From the IMG/VR virus record IMGVR_UViG_3300043406_000147: a DNA stretch of 64,000 nucleotides; one strand, 5' to 3'. The position numbers and the translations under genes were made by a program. Below, piece by piece: positions 30,019 through 40,252 of this stretch. The notes beneath the pieces were generated by a model, which was not told where the DNA came from, did no database searches, and was given only the letters and a program-made list of their open reading frames with translations. This stretch comes from a virus. Lineage: Duplodnaviria; Heunggongvirae; Uroviricota; Caudoviricetes. How positions within the stretch are numbered: position 1 is the stretch's first letter; the number at the start of each line of letters is the position of its first letter.

Positions 30019-31533
30019 ATGCCCATCGCTGGATCAAACAAAGACGTTGCATCGATCATCAAAGCTGCTCCACTGGCCGCTGCGCCGTCGAAAGTACAAG
30101 TCGTTACACCGACTGAAGTTGCATTCAAGCCGACCAGTGTTGACCTACGCTGGCAAGCAAAAGAAAACCTTTTGATGCATATCGAAGGGTCGAGCTGGTC
30201 TGTCAAGAGCTATTTTAGCCAAGTGCTGACCACTGATTCTGATCTGTCGGGGCAACAGCTCAGTGCATCTGGTGTTCATCAGCAGTACATCGAGATCAGG
30301 GATTTGGAACTCAAGGTCACGTCTGCTTTGAACACATCTCAAGATAGCGTGACAAAAGCAATGACAGTGGAAGGCACCTCGATGGTGTACCCGTACATCA
30401 TTCCCAATGAAGGGGATATGTTCATTGCAGACATTGGGGAAGGGCGGCTGGCATTGTTCCGACTGCGCAGCACCACGAAGAAAAGCATCTTCAAACAAGC
30501 TTGTTATGAAATCACGTATGCGCTAGATACAACGGACTCCACCAAGATGGAGTCCTTGAAATCAAAAGTAGTGCAGACATACTACCATCAGAAAAACTTT
30601 CTGACGTACGGGAAGAACCCTCTGCTCGTCAGGAGTGAAGTGGATGCACTGATCAATCTCGAAAAGCAGTACATGTTGATCGTGGATTACTACATGAAAC
30701 GGTTCTTCAGCGCCGAGTACAAGACTCTGATGGTGCCGATGCAGAAGTATCCGACGTACGACCCATTTCTGGTGGAGTTCATTCTGAAAACATTCAGTGT
30801 TTTGGACCATGTCCGCATCCAGGAGATTCGCCAACTCAACACCATGGACGACAGTGGTCTGAAGTCCGATAGCTTCTGGAAAGCAATCCAATACCGAAAC
30901 GAGCTGTACATGAACACCTGCTTCCAAGAATTTGGATTGGTGGACACACGGTGGTTCTCGACTGACCCAGTGTATAACTCTTTGCGCTGGAGCGGATTCG
31001 CCTATGTGATCTATCCAAAGAATCCGATTCTTGGTGTTGATGACATGCAGTGTAATTCAATCAAAGAAATATCAACACTTCAGAGCTTTTTGCCGAAGCT
31101 GCGCCCTGTGCCGACAACCCCAGCGGTTGGGGACTTGGACATGCTGGAAACGTACTCGCCTAGCGATGACGACGAGATGAATTACGCCTATACACAGGAC
31201 CCGAGCCCAATACCAGAGCCTGCTGAAAAAAGCTTGGACCCCAAGTATGCGGCTGTTCGGGCTTTCAATTTGAGAAAAGAGCCGATTCATCACCAAGCCA
31301 GTATTCGGGCAATCAGTGCAGAGCAATACGTGCTGAGCGATCATTTCTACAAACGAGATTCGGAAATGTGTGTGTTTGAAGGGATGGTGTGGGAACACAT
31401 CGAAAACAAACGCGCTGATCCAAACCAACTGCTGGACTTAACCAAATTGTGCTGGGCATGGGGGGTGGTGGAACAATTCTACTACATGCCTATTCTGTTG
31501 GCAATGATTGGCTCTGCCATTCGTGGTGCTTGA
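30019..31533 (+). CDS. hypothetical protein (504 aa)
   Basis: AGGAG RBS. Preceded by a hairpin and a TATGCCG motif. Confidence 0.55.
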   Translation: MPIAGSNKDVASIIKAAPLAAAPSKVQVVTPTEVAFKPTSVDLRWQAKENLLMHIEGSSWSVKSYFSQVLTTDSDLSGQQLSASGVHQQYIEIRDLELKVTSALNTSQDSVTKAMTVEGTSMVYPYIIPNEGDMFIADIGEGRLALFRLRSTTKKSIFKQACYEITYALDTTDSTKMESLKSKVVQTYYHQKNFLTYGKNPLLVRSEVDALINLEKQYMLIVDYYMKRFFSAEYKTLMVPMQKYPTYDPFLVEFILKTFSVLDHVRIQEIRQLNTMDDSGLKSDSFWKAIQYRNELYMNTCFQEFGLVDTRWFSTDPVYNSLRWSGFAYVIYPKNPILGVDDMQCNSIKEISTLQSFLPKLRPVPTTPAVGDLDMLETYSPSDDDEMNYAYTQDPSPIPEPAEKSLDPKYAAVRAFNLRKEPIHHQASIRAISAEQYVLSDHFYKRDSEMCVFEGMVWEHIENKRADPNQLLDLTKLCWAWGVVEQFYYMPILLAMIGSAIRGA

Positions 31534-31545
31534 AAGGGGTGAGTC

Positions 31546-32169
31546 ATGGAACAACCTGTTCGCAAATATGAGCTTCCCGCCGCGCTGGCTAAGACTGAGA
31601 AGATTCTGTTCAAGCGGCTCTACCAAGTCACAATGCGGTACGTGGATTCACGGTCGATCGATGAGCTTCGCGTGTTCGGTATCCCTAGCCTAGGCGACGC
31701 CAAGGTCGATACCTACATCGAGAATGACGATTTCCACACGTATAAGAAAATCCCTGAGCTGATGGAATTGTACCAGTCTGGGATTAACTTCACGTTTGTA
31801 AATCCAAAAAACACAAAGGAAATTTACGAAATCATCGTCGAATACATCCAAGGATGGAAAGACTACATGAGTGGGAGCATGAACGCTGCGCACCCAGATG
31901 TGGAGTTCTTAACCAATCTGGACCGGTTTGCAGGTAAAGTGTTCCCTCATGCAGCTGCGTTCATTCCGAAACACGTCGTTGTGGATGATTTCTTTTCGAA
32001 GTTCGATGTGAACCTGACTGCACAAACTTTGATTGATATCACAACGCAAAAGAAAGATGCGGGTGAGATGACTGAAGAGGCTGAGGAGCAGAAGAGAATT
32101 GCAAATCTGCGCAAGCATGCTTCCAGCGAAGACTATTTTGTTTCTAATACCCGTGTACTGAAGTGGTGA
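31546..32169 (+). CDS. hypothetical protein
   Basis: A 207-aa ORF with a GGGGTGAG RBS. Confidence 0.5.
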   Translation: MEQPVRKYELPAALAKTEKILFKRLYQVTMRYVDSRSIDELRVFGIPSLGDAKVDTYIENDDFHTYKKIPELMELYQSGINFTFVNPKNTKEIYEIIVEYIQGWKDYMSGSMNAAHPDVEFLTNLDRFAGKVFPHAAAFIPKHVVVDDFFSKFDVNLTAQTLIDITTQKKDAGEMTEEAEEQKRIANLRKHASSEDYFVSNTRVLKW

Positions 32170-32174
32170 GCTAA

Positions 32175-33524
32175 ATGGAAATCGAAGACACCCCACTGTA
32201 CTACGAGTTGATGGAGACCTTCATCAAATGCGACAAGCAAAGTCAGTCGTACTACAAGGTCATGATTCATCTGGATGATCAAGGCGCACTCTACGAACCA
32301 ATGGTGGTAAAGAGTATCACAAACCGACGCGACTATGTTGGTGCGTTTTGTGATGAGGTCGTCTGCACTGTGGTGATGCCGCTTGGGAAGTATGCTCTCA
32401 AAGTGTACCCCAATCGGAATCACCTTGAAATCACCATCGAGAAGTATTTCCTGAAAGAAAACTCGACGACGATCGATTACGACAAGCCTTTGTTGTCAAG
32501 ACGCTACACTGCTTTTTTGATTGAGGATTTGCCGGCAATCAAAGAGGTGCAAGGACAAGAAGCGAAAGACGAGCACGCCCTCGACCATGTCAGTTTGGAA
32601 GAAGTTCGATTCCAGCTGTTCAACAAAGTGGAGGAGCGCATACGGGTTGCAGCTGTTGGCGGCATTTACCGAAAGATGCGTGTTGATCAACTCCTTCTTG
32701 GATTAATCACTGAAGTCACGAAGAAAATCAAGGCTGACACACGAATCATGCTCAAAGGAGTTGACATGGTTCCTGTTAACAATGTAAAGCCACTCGAACA
32801 GATTGTCTTGACCCACGGGTTACATCTGAGTGATTTGAGTGGTTTCTTACAGAAAAAATACGGGGTATATTCCGCTGGGCTTGGGAGCTACGTCCAGAAT
32901 CAGAACTGGTTCATCTATCCGTTATTTGATACGGCTCGGTACAAGAAAGCCATACGAACTGCAAACATCTACATCTTACCCAAGAAGAAATTCCCAGAGG
33001 TGGAGAGAACTTACCGCGTAGTAGGTCCCGTCGTTTCGATCATGTCCACTTCGAATACCGAATTCAAAGGGGATAACGATCTAAGCTACGCTCAGGACGG
33101 TAACGGGGTTCGGTTTGCAGAAGCTTCTAACTTCATGGAAAAGTTCCAGAAGACAGCTGGGAATAAAACTGGGATCAAACGAAAAGACAACAATAACGAA
33201 TTCTCAGCACAAACGGTGGGGAGCAACGTAGATTACGCGCCTGTTCCTCAAGAGAGAATCACCAGTAATCCATTCCAGCACTACAGCGACCTAGCAAAAC
33301 GAAAAGGTGGCGTGGTCTCTCTGAATTGGGAGAACTCAAGTCCAGACTTGATTGAGCCCGGAATGCCAGTTAGATTCATCTATTTTGACGATGATAAAAT
33401 CAAGGAAGCATATGGCATCATGGTGGGAGCGTCCCACAGCGTCGCAAAGGTAGGCGACATGATGATGCAAAAACACACGACAAACTCAATGCTGTTGGTT
33501 TTCACAAATCTGAAGCAGAAATGA
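32175..33524 (+). CDS. hypothetical protein (449 aa)
   Basis: Compact spacing after the previous gene; RBS GGTGAG. Confidence 0.5.
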   Translation: MEIEDTPLYYELMETFIKCDKQSQSYYKVMIHLDDQGALYEPMVVKSITNRRDYVGAFCDEVVCTVVMPLGKYALKVYPNRNHLEITIEKYFLKENSTTIDYDKPLLSRRYTAFLIEDLPAIKEVQGQEAKDEHALDHVSLEEVRFQLFNKVEERIRVAAVGGIYRKMRVDQLLLGLITEVTKKIKADTRIMLKGVDMVPVNNVKPLEQIVLTHGLHLSDLSGFLQKKYGVYSAGLGSYVQNQNWFIYPLFDTARYKKAIRTANIYILPKKKFPEVERTYRVVGPVVSIMSTSNTEFKGDNDLSYAQDGNGVRFAEASNFMEKFQKTAGNKTGIKRKDNNNEFSAQTVGSNVDYAPVPQERITSNPFQHYSDLAKRKGGVVSLNWENSSPDLIEPGMPVRFIYFDDDKIKEAYGIMVGASHSVAKVGDMMMQKHTTNSMLLVFTNLKQK

Positions 33525-33529
33525 CGGTA

Positions 33530-33566
33530 CGGCATAAATGGGAGGCCGGGCCTCCCATTTATGTTG
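33530..33566. terminator. bidirectional terminator, member of the conserved palindromic repeat family
   Basis: CGGCATAAATGGGAGGCCGGGCCTCCCATTTATGTTG lies between a + gene end and a - gene end. Confidence 0.6.
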
Positions 33567-33583
33567 TTTACCTCGAAACAAGT

Positions 33584-33964
33584 TTACACAGTAATGTGTT
33601 CAATGGGACCGGATGGTTGTTGAGCGATCTGGGGGCGATGCTCGAAGTAGGCCAGGGCTTTGAGCAAATGTTCCAGCGCGCGGCCTTCATCTTCGCTCGG
33701 AACGAGTTCGTTGATGTACGTGGTGCGATGAATCAGCATGCGCAACACAGCCGGCGTCGTGAGTCCATTGGGACCCACCTTTTCGATGTCGCCATCCTGG
33801 AATCGCAGGTGTTGATACGTCGAGCCATGCGTGATCCGGTAGTGATGGCCGTAGACATCCCGATCACCTTCATCCACGAATTCCATCTGCACTCGAAGGG
33901 AGTGTTCATCCTGGTACAGAAGAACAGGGCTGATGGGTTTGGTATCGGGTATTGCGGGGGACAT
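33584..33964 (-). CDS. hypothetical protein (weak MazG/HisE-like NTP-pyrophosphohydrolase resemblance)
   Basis: 126 aa with a GGAGA RBS. The C-terminal half shows only weak resemblance to HisE/MazG (GSTY...KVG...EDEGRALEHLL). Confidence 0.35.
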   Translation of the reverse strand: MSPAIPDTKPISPVLLYQDEHSLRVQMEFVDEGDRDVYGHHYRITHGSTYQHLRFQDGDIEKVGPNGLTTPAVLRMLIHRTTYINELVPSEDEGRALEHLLKALAYFEHRPQIAQQPSGPIEHITV

Positions 33965-34075
33965 GTTTAATCTCCGAAGAGGTTGGGGTTTAACGAATAC
34001 TTACCCACATCCGAGAGCATCGAGTGTAGGCGATACTTGCTTTCCAAAGGGTTCTTCGATGTGGGCGCACTTCGC

Positions 34076-34825
34076 TCAAACGATCTGTCCATCTGTGTCG
34101 TCGCCATCAGTCGACAAGTATCCAAAAAAATGCTGGTGGGAGAGCGGGTTCACGTTCTCGTTCGTGAAGATCTGATCCAAGCCGTTGATCACTTGCGCTT
34201 GAACGGCCACCCAGTCTTGAGAGGCGTCGATCACGATGATGCGTGGACCCATCCCTGGCTCTTGCATCACTTCTTGAAAATGGGCTCGCCATAAGGAATA
34301 TACATCGACACCGTTTTCAGTGTGGATTTTATCCAAGCCATTTTGGCGACGAGTGTCCAACCGGGACAATGCTACTTGACGATCAACGTCGAAGAAGAAG
34401 GTGTAGTCCGGACGCACAGCCGTGATGCGCATGCCAGGCGCTGCCTGGAATGCTTCGATGGTCGGGAACATGCCTTTCATGCGTCCTTGAAAGACATGGG
34501 TACTGTCGATGTACCGATCGCAAATAACCGACTTACCTGCCGTGAGGGCGGGTAGGATTGTTGACACTAAGTGCTGCTTCCGAGCAGCGAGGAAAAGCGC
34601 GACTTGGGTAGCATCGTCGATCTTTTCAATCTTGGGATCTTCATTGACCACAATCTGCCGAATCTGCTCGGCGACAACACTGCCTCCTGGCTCCCGTGTC
34701 GAGATATAGTCCTTTTTCAGTTGCCAGAAGTAATGATTGATTGTCCCAATTGCGGCTGTTTTGCCAGCGCCGTCTCCACCTTCAACGGTGATGAACAGAG
34801 GCGGCTTCAAGTAGTCTTCGTTCAT
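34076..34825 (-). CDS. tmk: thymidylate (dTMP) kinase
   Basis: P-loop ITVEGGDGAGKT, the REPGG motif and DRY..S..VFQG, as in Tmk. GGAGAG RBS. Confidence 0.65.
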   Translation of the reverse strand: MNEDYLKPPLFITVEGGDGAGKTAAIGTINHYFWQLKKDYISTREPGGSVVAEQIRQIVVNEDPKIEKIDDATQVALFLAARKQHLVSTILPALTAGKSVICDRYIDSTHVFQGRMKGMFPTIEAFQAAPGMRITAVRPDYTFFFDVDRQVALSRLDTRRQNGLDKIHTENGVDVYSLWRAHFQEVMQEPGMGPRIIVIDASQDWVAVQAQVINGLDQIFTNENVNPLSHQHFFGYLSTDGDDTDGQIV

Positions 34826-34852
34826 GGATCTCTCCGGCTCTTTTGGAAGGGA

Positions 34853-35854
34853 TTAAAATTCAGTGTCCACATCGGCCAGTAGTTGCAGAACCACCGGCTT
34901 GTTGTTGAATGTGTAATACTTCTCGCCTTTGATGACGTAGTCGTACACGAACTCATCAGGCTCACAAAGATAGTCACGCGGTACAGGGTGTCCGATTGAC
35001 AGGAGTGCCATCGTCATGATTTTCTTCATCATGACGGTGTCATTTTTCGGCAGTAGTGTCTTCACCCCAGGCGCTTGGAGTGTTTGCATAAAGGAGCGGA
35101 ATGGCAGAAGGCGTTTGTTATCCTTGCCTATCATCCAGGAAATTCGACGCACCGCAGGCAGTACGCATTCAGCTTGGTAGCGATTTGCTGCTTTTTGTTC
35201 ATCCGTGTAGCTCACCGAATGTACTTTGGCATCAAGTGCTTGTTTGAAACTGCTGATCACTTCCTTGACCGGAATGGTCTTTGTCATGCACAAGAAGCAG
35301 CACACATATCGCATTGTCTCTTCATCGACATGGACACATGAAGGCGGGAGGCTAAAAGAGAATATCATTGCCGACGCAGTGAGTATTCTCTTTTTATGGA
35401 CAACCACACCGGTATCCTTGGGTGGGGTGGCGTGGATTCGCCCACATGCCTCGATCAGCTCCGCTTTCGAATACTCGCGCAGCTGACCATGCACACCTTC
35501 ATTCTGAAAAGGTGTGAGCCAAACGTGCATCGTTTTTTCACATTCAAGTAAAGCCGAATGAAAGCTTCGAATCTTCTCATCCTCGGTCAAGCGGATTTCG
35601 ACCCATGTGAATGCCGGGGCAAGAAAAGCATGCGTATCTGCCGTGATTTGTTGCATGCTTTTCTTTTCTTCCTGCGCTTTTTGGACGGACCCTCCTAAGA
35701 GAAAGAGGTAGCTGCCAAACCACGTTAAAACGGAAGAGCCAAGTAGCAGTGGCGTGCTGGCATTTGTGGTGACGGTATCGACCACAATGAAAGCGATGCC
35801 GGCAAAGATGGTTGCCAGCTTCATTGCCCGGAAAACTTCGACGTTATTTTTCAT
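34853..35854 (-). CDS. membrane-anchored hypothetical protein
   Basis: Two N-terminal hydrophobic helices. 333 aa. First gene of a three-gene minus-strand block. Confidence 0.5.
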   Translation of the reverse strand: MKNNVEVFRAMKLATIFAGIAFIVVDTVTTNASTPLLLGSSVLTWFGSYLFLLGGSVQKAQEEKKSMQQITADTHAFLAPAFTWVEIRLTEDEKIRSFHSALLECEKTMHVWLTPFQNEGVHGQLREYSKAELIEACGRIHATPPKDTGVVVHKKRILTASAMIFSFSLPPSCVHVDEETMRYVCCFLCMTKTIPVKEVISSFKQALDAKVHSVSYTDEQKAANRYQAECVLPAVRRISWMIGKDNKRLLPFRSFMQTLQAPGVKTLLPKNDTVMMKKIMTMALLSIGHPVPRDYLCEPDEFVYDYVIKGEKYYTFNNKPVVLQLLADVDTEF

Positions 35855-35986
35855 GGGGAACTTTCTTCTTTCAGATTGAAAAAGGTAATTGCGTAAAAAC
35901 TCGATTCCACTAAATTATAGTCACGTACTATAAAAATGAGCAAACACCGCTCTAACCATCATTCCTTCTTCGGAGAACTTTCAACA
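35855..35986. promoter_or_regulatory. AT-rich divergent promoter region (contains TTCCAC-N15-TACTAT)
   Basis: The intergenic stretch between divergent genes contains TACTAT at 35926-35931, 15 nt after a -35-like TTCCAC. Confidence 0.35.
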
Positions 35987-36997
35987 ATGCAAACCACCAC
36001 CTTCGCCGCTCTGCAAACCGCCGTCAACGCCGCCTCGACCGCTGCTGGCATCGATGCCGTACTCCACGATGTTGGCACCAGCATCGCCAGCAACGGCCGC
36101 TACATCCGCGCCATCGGGAAAACGGCGGCTCGCTACAGCGGCCCGCAAACCCTCCGGGCACGCCGCAAGGTCATGGCCGCACGCAGCGCGCGCACCTGGC
36201 ACTTCAACCAAGCATCGTCCAAGATCAGCCTGATCAAGGGTGAAGTGCCCCTGCTCAGGACCCTCGAACGCATCGGGGAAGAGCTGCAGGATGCCGACAT
36301 CACCAAGCATCGTTCGCTCAAGCGCCTGGCCATAAATCTGCTCAAGCAGATCATCGATGGCAATCTCCCCGCTGCGCTCGGCGCTGAAGCACGAAAAGAA
36401 GACCGGATGATCCGGTTGCTCGATACCATGAAAGGTGGAGACGGCGCATCCGCCCTGGATTACGTTCTGGCACTCTGCCAGAACATCTGGGCTGAAGAAG
36501 TGGCGGCCGAAAAGAACGAGATGCGCCGGTACTTCATGCCAACGATGATCGAGGAAAACGAGCGCCTGGTTCGCGTTCGCGCGGGCGAGTACATCGCCAA
36601 CCAGAGCAAGATCACCCTCTTCGTCATCGTCAAGGATGATCACGATGGCGAGCCCGTCAAGGTGCAATTCACCTACGACGCGGCGGCGCAATCCGAAGAG
36701 CAGACCAAGGCACTGCTGGAGTTCGCCACAACCTACGGCCTGAAGTTCTACAGCGTCGAAGCACGGCACGCGAAGATGGTCCGGCAGACCCGGCAAATGG
36801 GCCTGATCACGGAACGGTTCGAAAGCACCGACGGCGGCGTCCTCGGTGATGACGAAGGCGTCGTTCCGAAGATCCGCAAGACCGTCTCGGCGAACGAGTG
36901 GATGAACAACGCGCATCCGCGCGATGCTCGCTACTGGTATATCAATGGCACCTACGCCCTCGAAGGCGTGGAGGAAATCGGCGTGCAGTACACCTGA
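35987..36997 (+). CDS. GC-rich hypothetical protein
   Basis: ATG at 35987 (MQTTTFAALQ). Higher GC than its neighbours. The antisense ORF 35981-36916 is its mirror. Confidence 0.45.
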   Translation: MQTTTFAALQTAVNAASTAAGIDAVLHDVGTSIASNGRYIRAIGKTAARYSGPQTLRARRKVMAARSARTWHFNQASSKISLIKGEVPLLRTLERIGEELQDADITKHRSLKRLAINLLKQIIDGNLPAALGAEARKEDRMIRLLDTMKGGDGASALDYVLALCQNIWAEEVAAEKNEMRRYFMPTMIEENERLVRVRAGEYIANQSKITLFVIVKDDHDGEPVKVQFTYDAAAQSEEQTKALLEFATTYGLKFYSVEARHAKMVRQTRQMGLITERFESTDGGVLGDDEGVVPKIRKTVSANEWMNNAHPRDARYWYINGTYALEGVEEIGVQYT

Positions 36998-37149
36998 GCG
37001 AAACTGCGCTCGGCTCTGAGTAAGTAGAGTGTGTCTGGGGTGAAAGCCCCAGACACACTGCTATGCTGTTTCTTTTTTGCTAAGAAAATGGTATGCCCGC
37101 ATGGTTTTTTATATCATGCTTTTTTTGTTCTGTTCAGGAAGGATTCATT

Positions 37150-39489
37150 GTGGCTGATCCGATTTATGTAGATGTCAGTAAAGTCGAAACTAAAATGACG
37201 ATGGTGGCTGATGACAAAGTGTTATTCAACCGAGCAGGTGCTGGTCCATTTCAGGCAGCGCTGAGTGTGTTAGCACTGGCAATCATTCCAGCCATTCAAT
37301 CAGGGTTCGATGCCAGGTATGCTGCGAAAGGAACCGCGACAACATCACCAGGAGTTCTTACTGTTGGCGGAGTTTCCACGACGGGTAGCGTTGTCAAAAC
37401 GAACTCAGTGACAGTTGTCGAGAACGTGGTGAACACGTCCACTGCACTCGGTACAAGCAACCCCGTCACAGCCGCGTTGACAGGCACGCGCACATTCAAC
37501 GCAACCAACCTGACTGAGTTTGATCTGATCCCGTTTGCAACGTTGCAGCCGGGAGATGTGGTCAACATCTTTCACAACGCTATACCGTACAACCGGATTA
37601 TTCGTATATCGGATTCGGGCACGGCAGCAAACCCCATCATCATCAACGGGGTGACCAACGCCAATGGGGATCGACCGGTTATCAGTGGTGCCAATGCACG
37701 TGTGACACCGGGTTCCATGCCAGGAGGCACTGCAAACATCTTCAACAGCACCTCAACAGCATCTTGGGCATACCGAGAAGGAACGTCGCTTGTAGGTACC
37801 GCCTGTCGCGTCACAGACCCATGGAACGCGTACCGGCCGAAGCACATCCAGTTCAAGAACTTAGAAATCGTCGGTGCTGTCAAAGGCAACTACTTCTACG
37901 ACAACTTCGGCACAGTGCATGCTTGGGATCAAGCCAGCGGTTTCCGTGTGCAAGAAGGCGAAGGCATCATTGGAGATAACCTGGTCATCCACAACAATGA
38001 TTTTGGTTATTTCACGCAAGCCTACAACGGGCTGCCCAACTACGCGCCTCTGAATTGCGTGCTCCGCAATTCTCGCGTTTACGATTGTGGAATGGTCGGT
38101 CGCTCGTCTGAGCATGGCGCTTACATTCAAGGCATCAAGCCCATTTTGGAAAACAACTGGTTTGGTCCGAACAAGATCGGCAGCTTAGGCTCCACGATCA
38201 AATTGCGCGCAGCAGGGTTCATCATTCGTCACAACTGGATGATGTCTTCTGATGGTCGTCTGTTGGACATCGTTCAAACAGAAGATAGCAATGACGGTGT
38301 CCGTGTGGACGCATCGTACGGCTACGGTCACGTGTACGGGAACGTGATCACAAATCTCTGGTCCGCCACCGTCGTCGGTGCTTCATTCCCCATTCACATC
38401 GGTGGGGATAACGCAGGTGAAGATAAAACGGCAACTGAATGGATCGGGGGTGTTCAAGTACCGACCAACACCCTCACTGATGCTGACTTGACTGGTCCGT
38501 CTACAGGGATCGTTGCAAAGTACATCCACACGGTGTACTTCTACGACAACACGGTGGTATTCAAGAGCGATTCCTCTCAAAAGTGGAGGTGTGCAATATT
38601 TGATCTCTCCCTCTCAGGGACCGCTACCAATCCACGCACAAAGGTGTGGGAGTGGAACAACGCATTCCGCATGATCGGCACCACTCGTTGGTCGCGTGTG
38701 CGCAACGCAGGCCATGTCGCACACATGGGCGGATCTGTCTGGGATGTGGATGGTGATTTGTTCGACGCGCACGAAGAAGCCAAGGCAGATCGTTACTCAT
38801 TCTCAGGAACACCGAAAGATGGTGTTTTGGGACTGGTGACTGACACATGGCTGCCCACAGCTCAAACGTTGACTCATGCACGCCTGAGCACGCCTCCAGC
38901 GGGCTTGCCTGCGACGTTTGATTCCACGCTCGTGGCGAATCGACAAATTGGTACTGCCACAAACTCACTGGCAACGCGCAACCCCGTTGCAGTCGGAGCG
39001 TTGGATGTATCGAGTGCTACTTCAACCCCAGTCAGTCGGGTTGAAACCACAACAACATTGGAAAGCGCACCAGCTGTCACAGCCGACACGCTCATCAAAG
39101 ACGAGACTTCTTTCAGCCTCACCAATGGCTCTAAAAAGGCCGTAGCGAGCTTTAATGTCGACTATACCAGTGGTTGCTCATCTTTAACATTTGAAGCGCT
39201 TGTAGCCGTTTCTGATGCGAATGGAATCCAGCAAACGATTCAACAACGTGTGGATGTGGTGATCTTGGTTGCCAACTCTGTGATCACTGTCAAGAGTCAA
39301 TCTGCTCCATCGCTCAGCTCCTGTCTTGCAGGCACACTGACCCTGGCAATGGTGACAGTGGTTTACAACAAAACTGTCAACTTGTGCTTGACGCCCACGT
39401 CCTCACTCACACCAACTTCGATTGGTGGATATGTGGCACTCAGCGCAGCGCTCGGTAGCCCAGTCACTGGGCTGGCACTGCTGACCTAA
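37150..39489 (+). CDS. tail fibre/tailspike-like protein with a pectate-lyase-type beta-helix
   Basis: GTG at 37150 after an AGGAAGGA RBS. Internal repeats such as NLVIHNNDFGYF and SEHGAYIQG are typical of right-handed beta-helix depolymerase/tailspike domains. A Thr/Ser-rich C-terminus. Confidence 0.45.
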   Translation: MADPIYVDVSKVETKMTMVADDKVLFNRAGAGPFQAALSVLALAIIPAIQSGFDARYAAKGTATTSPGVLTVGGVSTTGSVVKTNSVTVVENVVNTSTALGTSNPVTAALTGTRTFNATNLTEFDLIPFATLQPGDVVNIFHNAIPYNRIIRISDSGTAANPIIINGVTNANGDRPVISGANARVTPGSMPGGTANIFNSTSTASWAYREGTSLVGTACRVTDPWNAYRPKHIQFKNLEIVGAVKGNYFYDNFGTVHAWDQASGFRVQEGEGIIGDNLVIHNNDFGYFTQAYNGLPNYAPLNCVLRNSRVYDCGMVGRSSEHGAYIQGIKPILENNWFGPNKIGSLGSTIKLRAAGFIIRHNWMMSSDGRLLDIVQTEDSNDGVRVDASYGYGHVYGNVITNLWSATVVGASFPIHIGGDNAGEDKTATEWIGGVQVPTNTLTDADLTGPSTGIVAKYIHTVYFYDNTVVFKSDSSQKWRCAIFDLSLSGTATNPRTKVWEWNNAFRMIGTTRWSRVRNAGHVAHMGGSVWDVDGDLFDAHEEAKADRYSFSGTPKDGVLGLVTDTWLPTAQTLTHARLSTPPAGLPATFDSTLVANRQIGTATNSLATRNPVAVGALDVSSATSTPVSRVETTTTLESAPAVTADTLIKDETSFSLTNGSKKAVASFNVDYTSGCSSLTFEALVAVSDANGIQQTIQQRVDVVILVANSVITVKSQSAPSLSSCLAGTLTLAMVTVVYNKTVNLCLTPTSSLTPTSIGGYVALSAALGSPVTGLALLT

Positions 39490-39493
39490 CCGT

Positions 39494-39540
39494 CAGCCTA
39501 ATTGGAACAGGACAAACTACTCCCGCAAGGTACTGTAGTC
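39494..39540 (+). terminator. long hairpin terminator after the tail-fibre gene
   Basis: GGAACAGGAC...GTCCTGTTCC has a 10-bp perfect outer stem. It is followed by TATGCTG. Confidence 0.5.
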
Positions 39541-39828
39541 GTCCTGTTCCACCCTCTACCTATGCTGCCTGATCTTACGGCATAAAGGCACCCCTTTTAG
39601 GGTGCTTTCTTACGATAATTTTGATGTATCATAGTTATTAGAAAAATAATAACTTTTTATCGTGTATTCATATAGGATGACTACAGTACAGTAGGGTAAG
39701 GAAGAAGTGTTGACTACGTCAAAGAAATAGAAGTCGCTCCGCTACGCTCCGACTCCAAAGAAAGAAAAAGAAAGAAGTGATATTACTAAAGTAATATAGA
39801 CATAAGGATCGGGGGGTGAAACCCCCCT

Positions 39829-39847
39829 CTTACTTACTTACTTACTT
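39829..39847. repeat. (TTAC)n microsatellite in an AT-rich non-coding island
   Basis: CTTACTTACTTACTTACTT follows directly after the GGGGGGTGAAACCCCCC hairpin (39811-39827). Confidence 0.7.
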
Positions 39848-40163
39848 CATATGATTATAGTAAAAATAAAATAAATATAACAGTAGAGTAGAGATCTTTC
39901 TTTTTTGCTTCTTTTTTCTTTGAAAAGAAGCAACTACAGATCTATCGAAACCTACAACTTGAGAGGAAAGAATCCTCTCAATGTACATACGAAGATCTAC
40001 TACGGTAGATGAAAGAATAAGAATTCTTTCAAAAGTAGATACAACAAAACCTACCACCTCATAGAACCGAGCTATAAGCTCGGAATAAATGAATCAAACG
40101 TACTCTTAGGGCGCGGTGGCGAAATTGGCAAATATGATTAGAGGTGAGAATAATACTTGATAG

Positions 40164-40194
40164 ACGCCATTTGAGGCGTTTTTTATGCCGCATG
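40164..40194 (+). terminator. rho-independent terminator with a TTTATGCCGCAT tail
   Basis: ACGCCATTTGAGGCGT followed by a T6 run and ATGCCGCAT. Confidence 0.55.
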
Positions 40195-40252
40195 TACGAA
40201 TGGGTCAAGTAATCGATTGAGGCGCTCATTTGAGCGTTTAAAGGGATTTAAA

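Noticed and set aside
39490-40252. Possible tRNA genes or a CRISPR array in the AT-rich island
   Set aside because: No GTTC-type T-loop, no 7-bp acceptor-stem complementarity with CCA context, and no regularly spaced direct repeats with unique spacers. The (TTAC)4 is a simple microsatellite.
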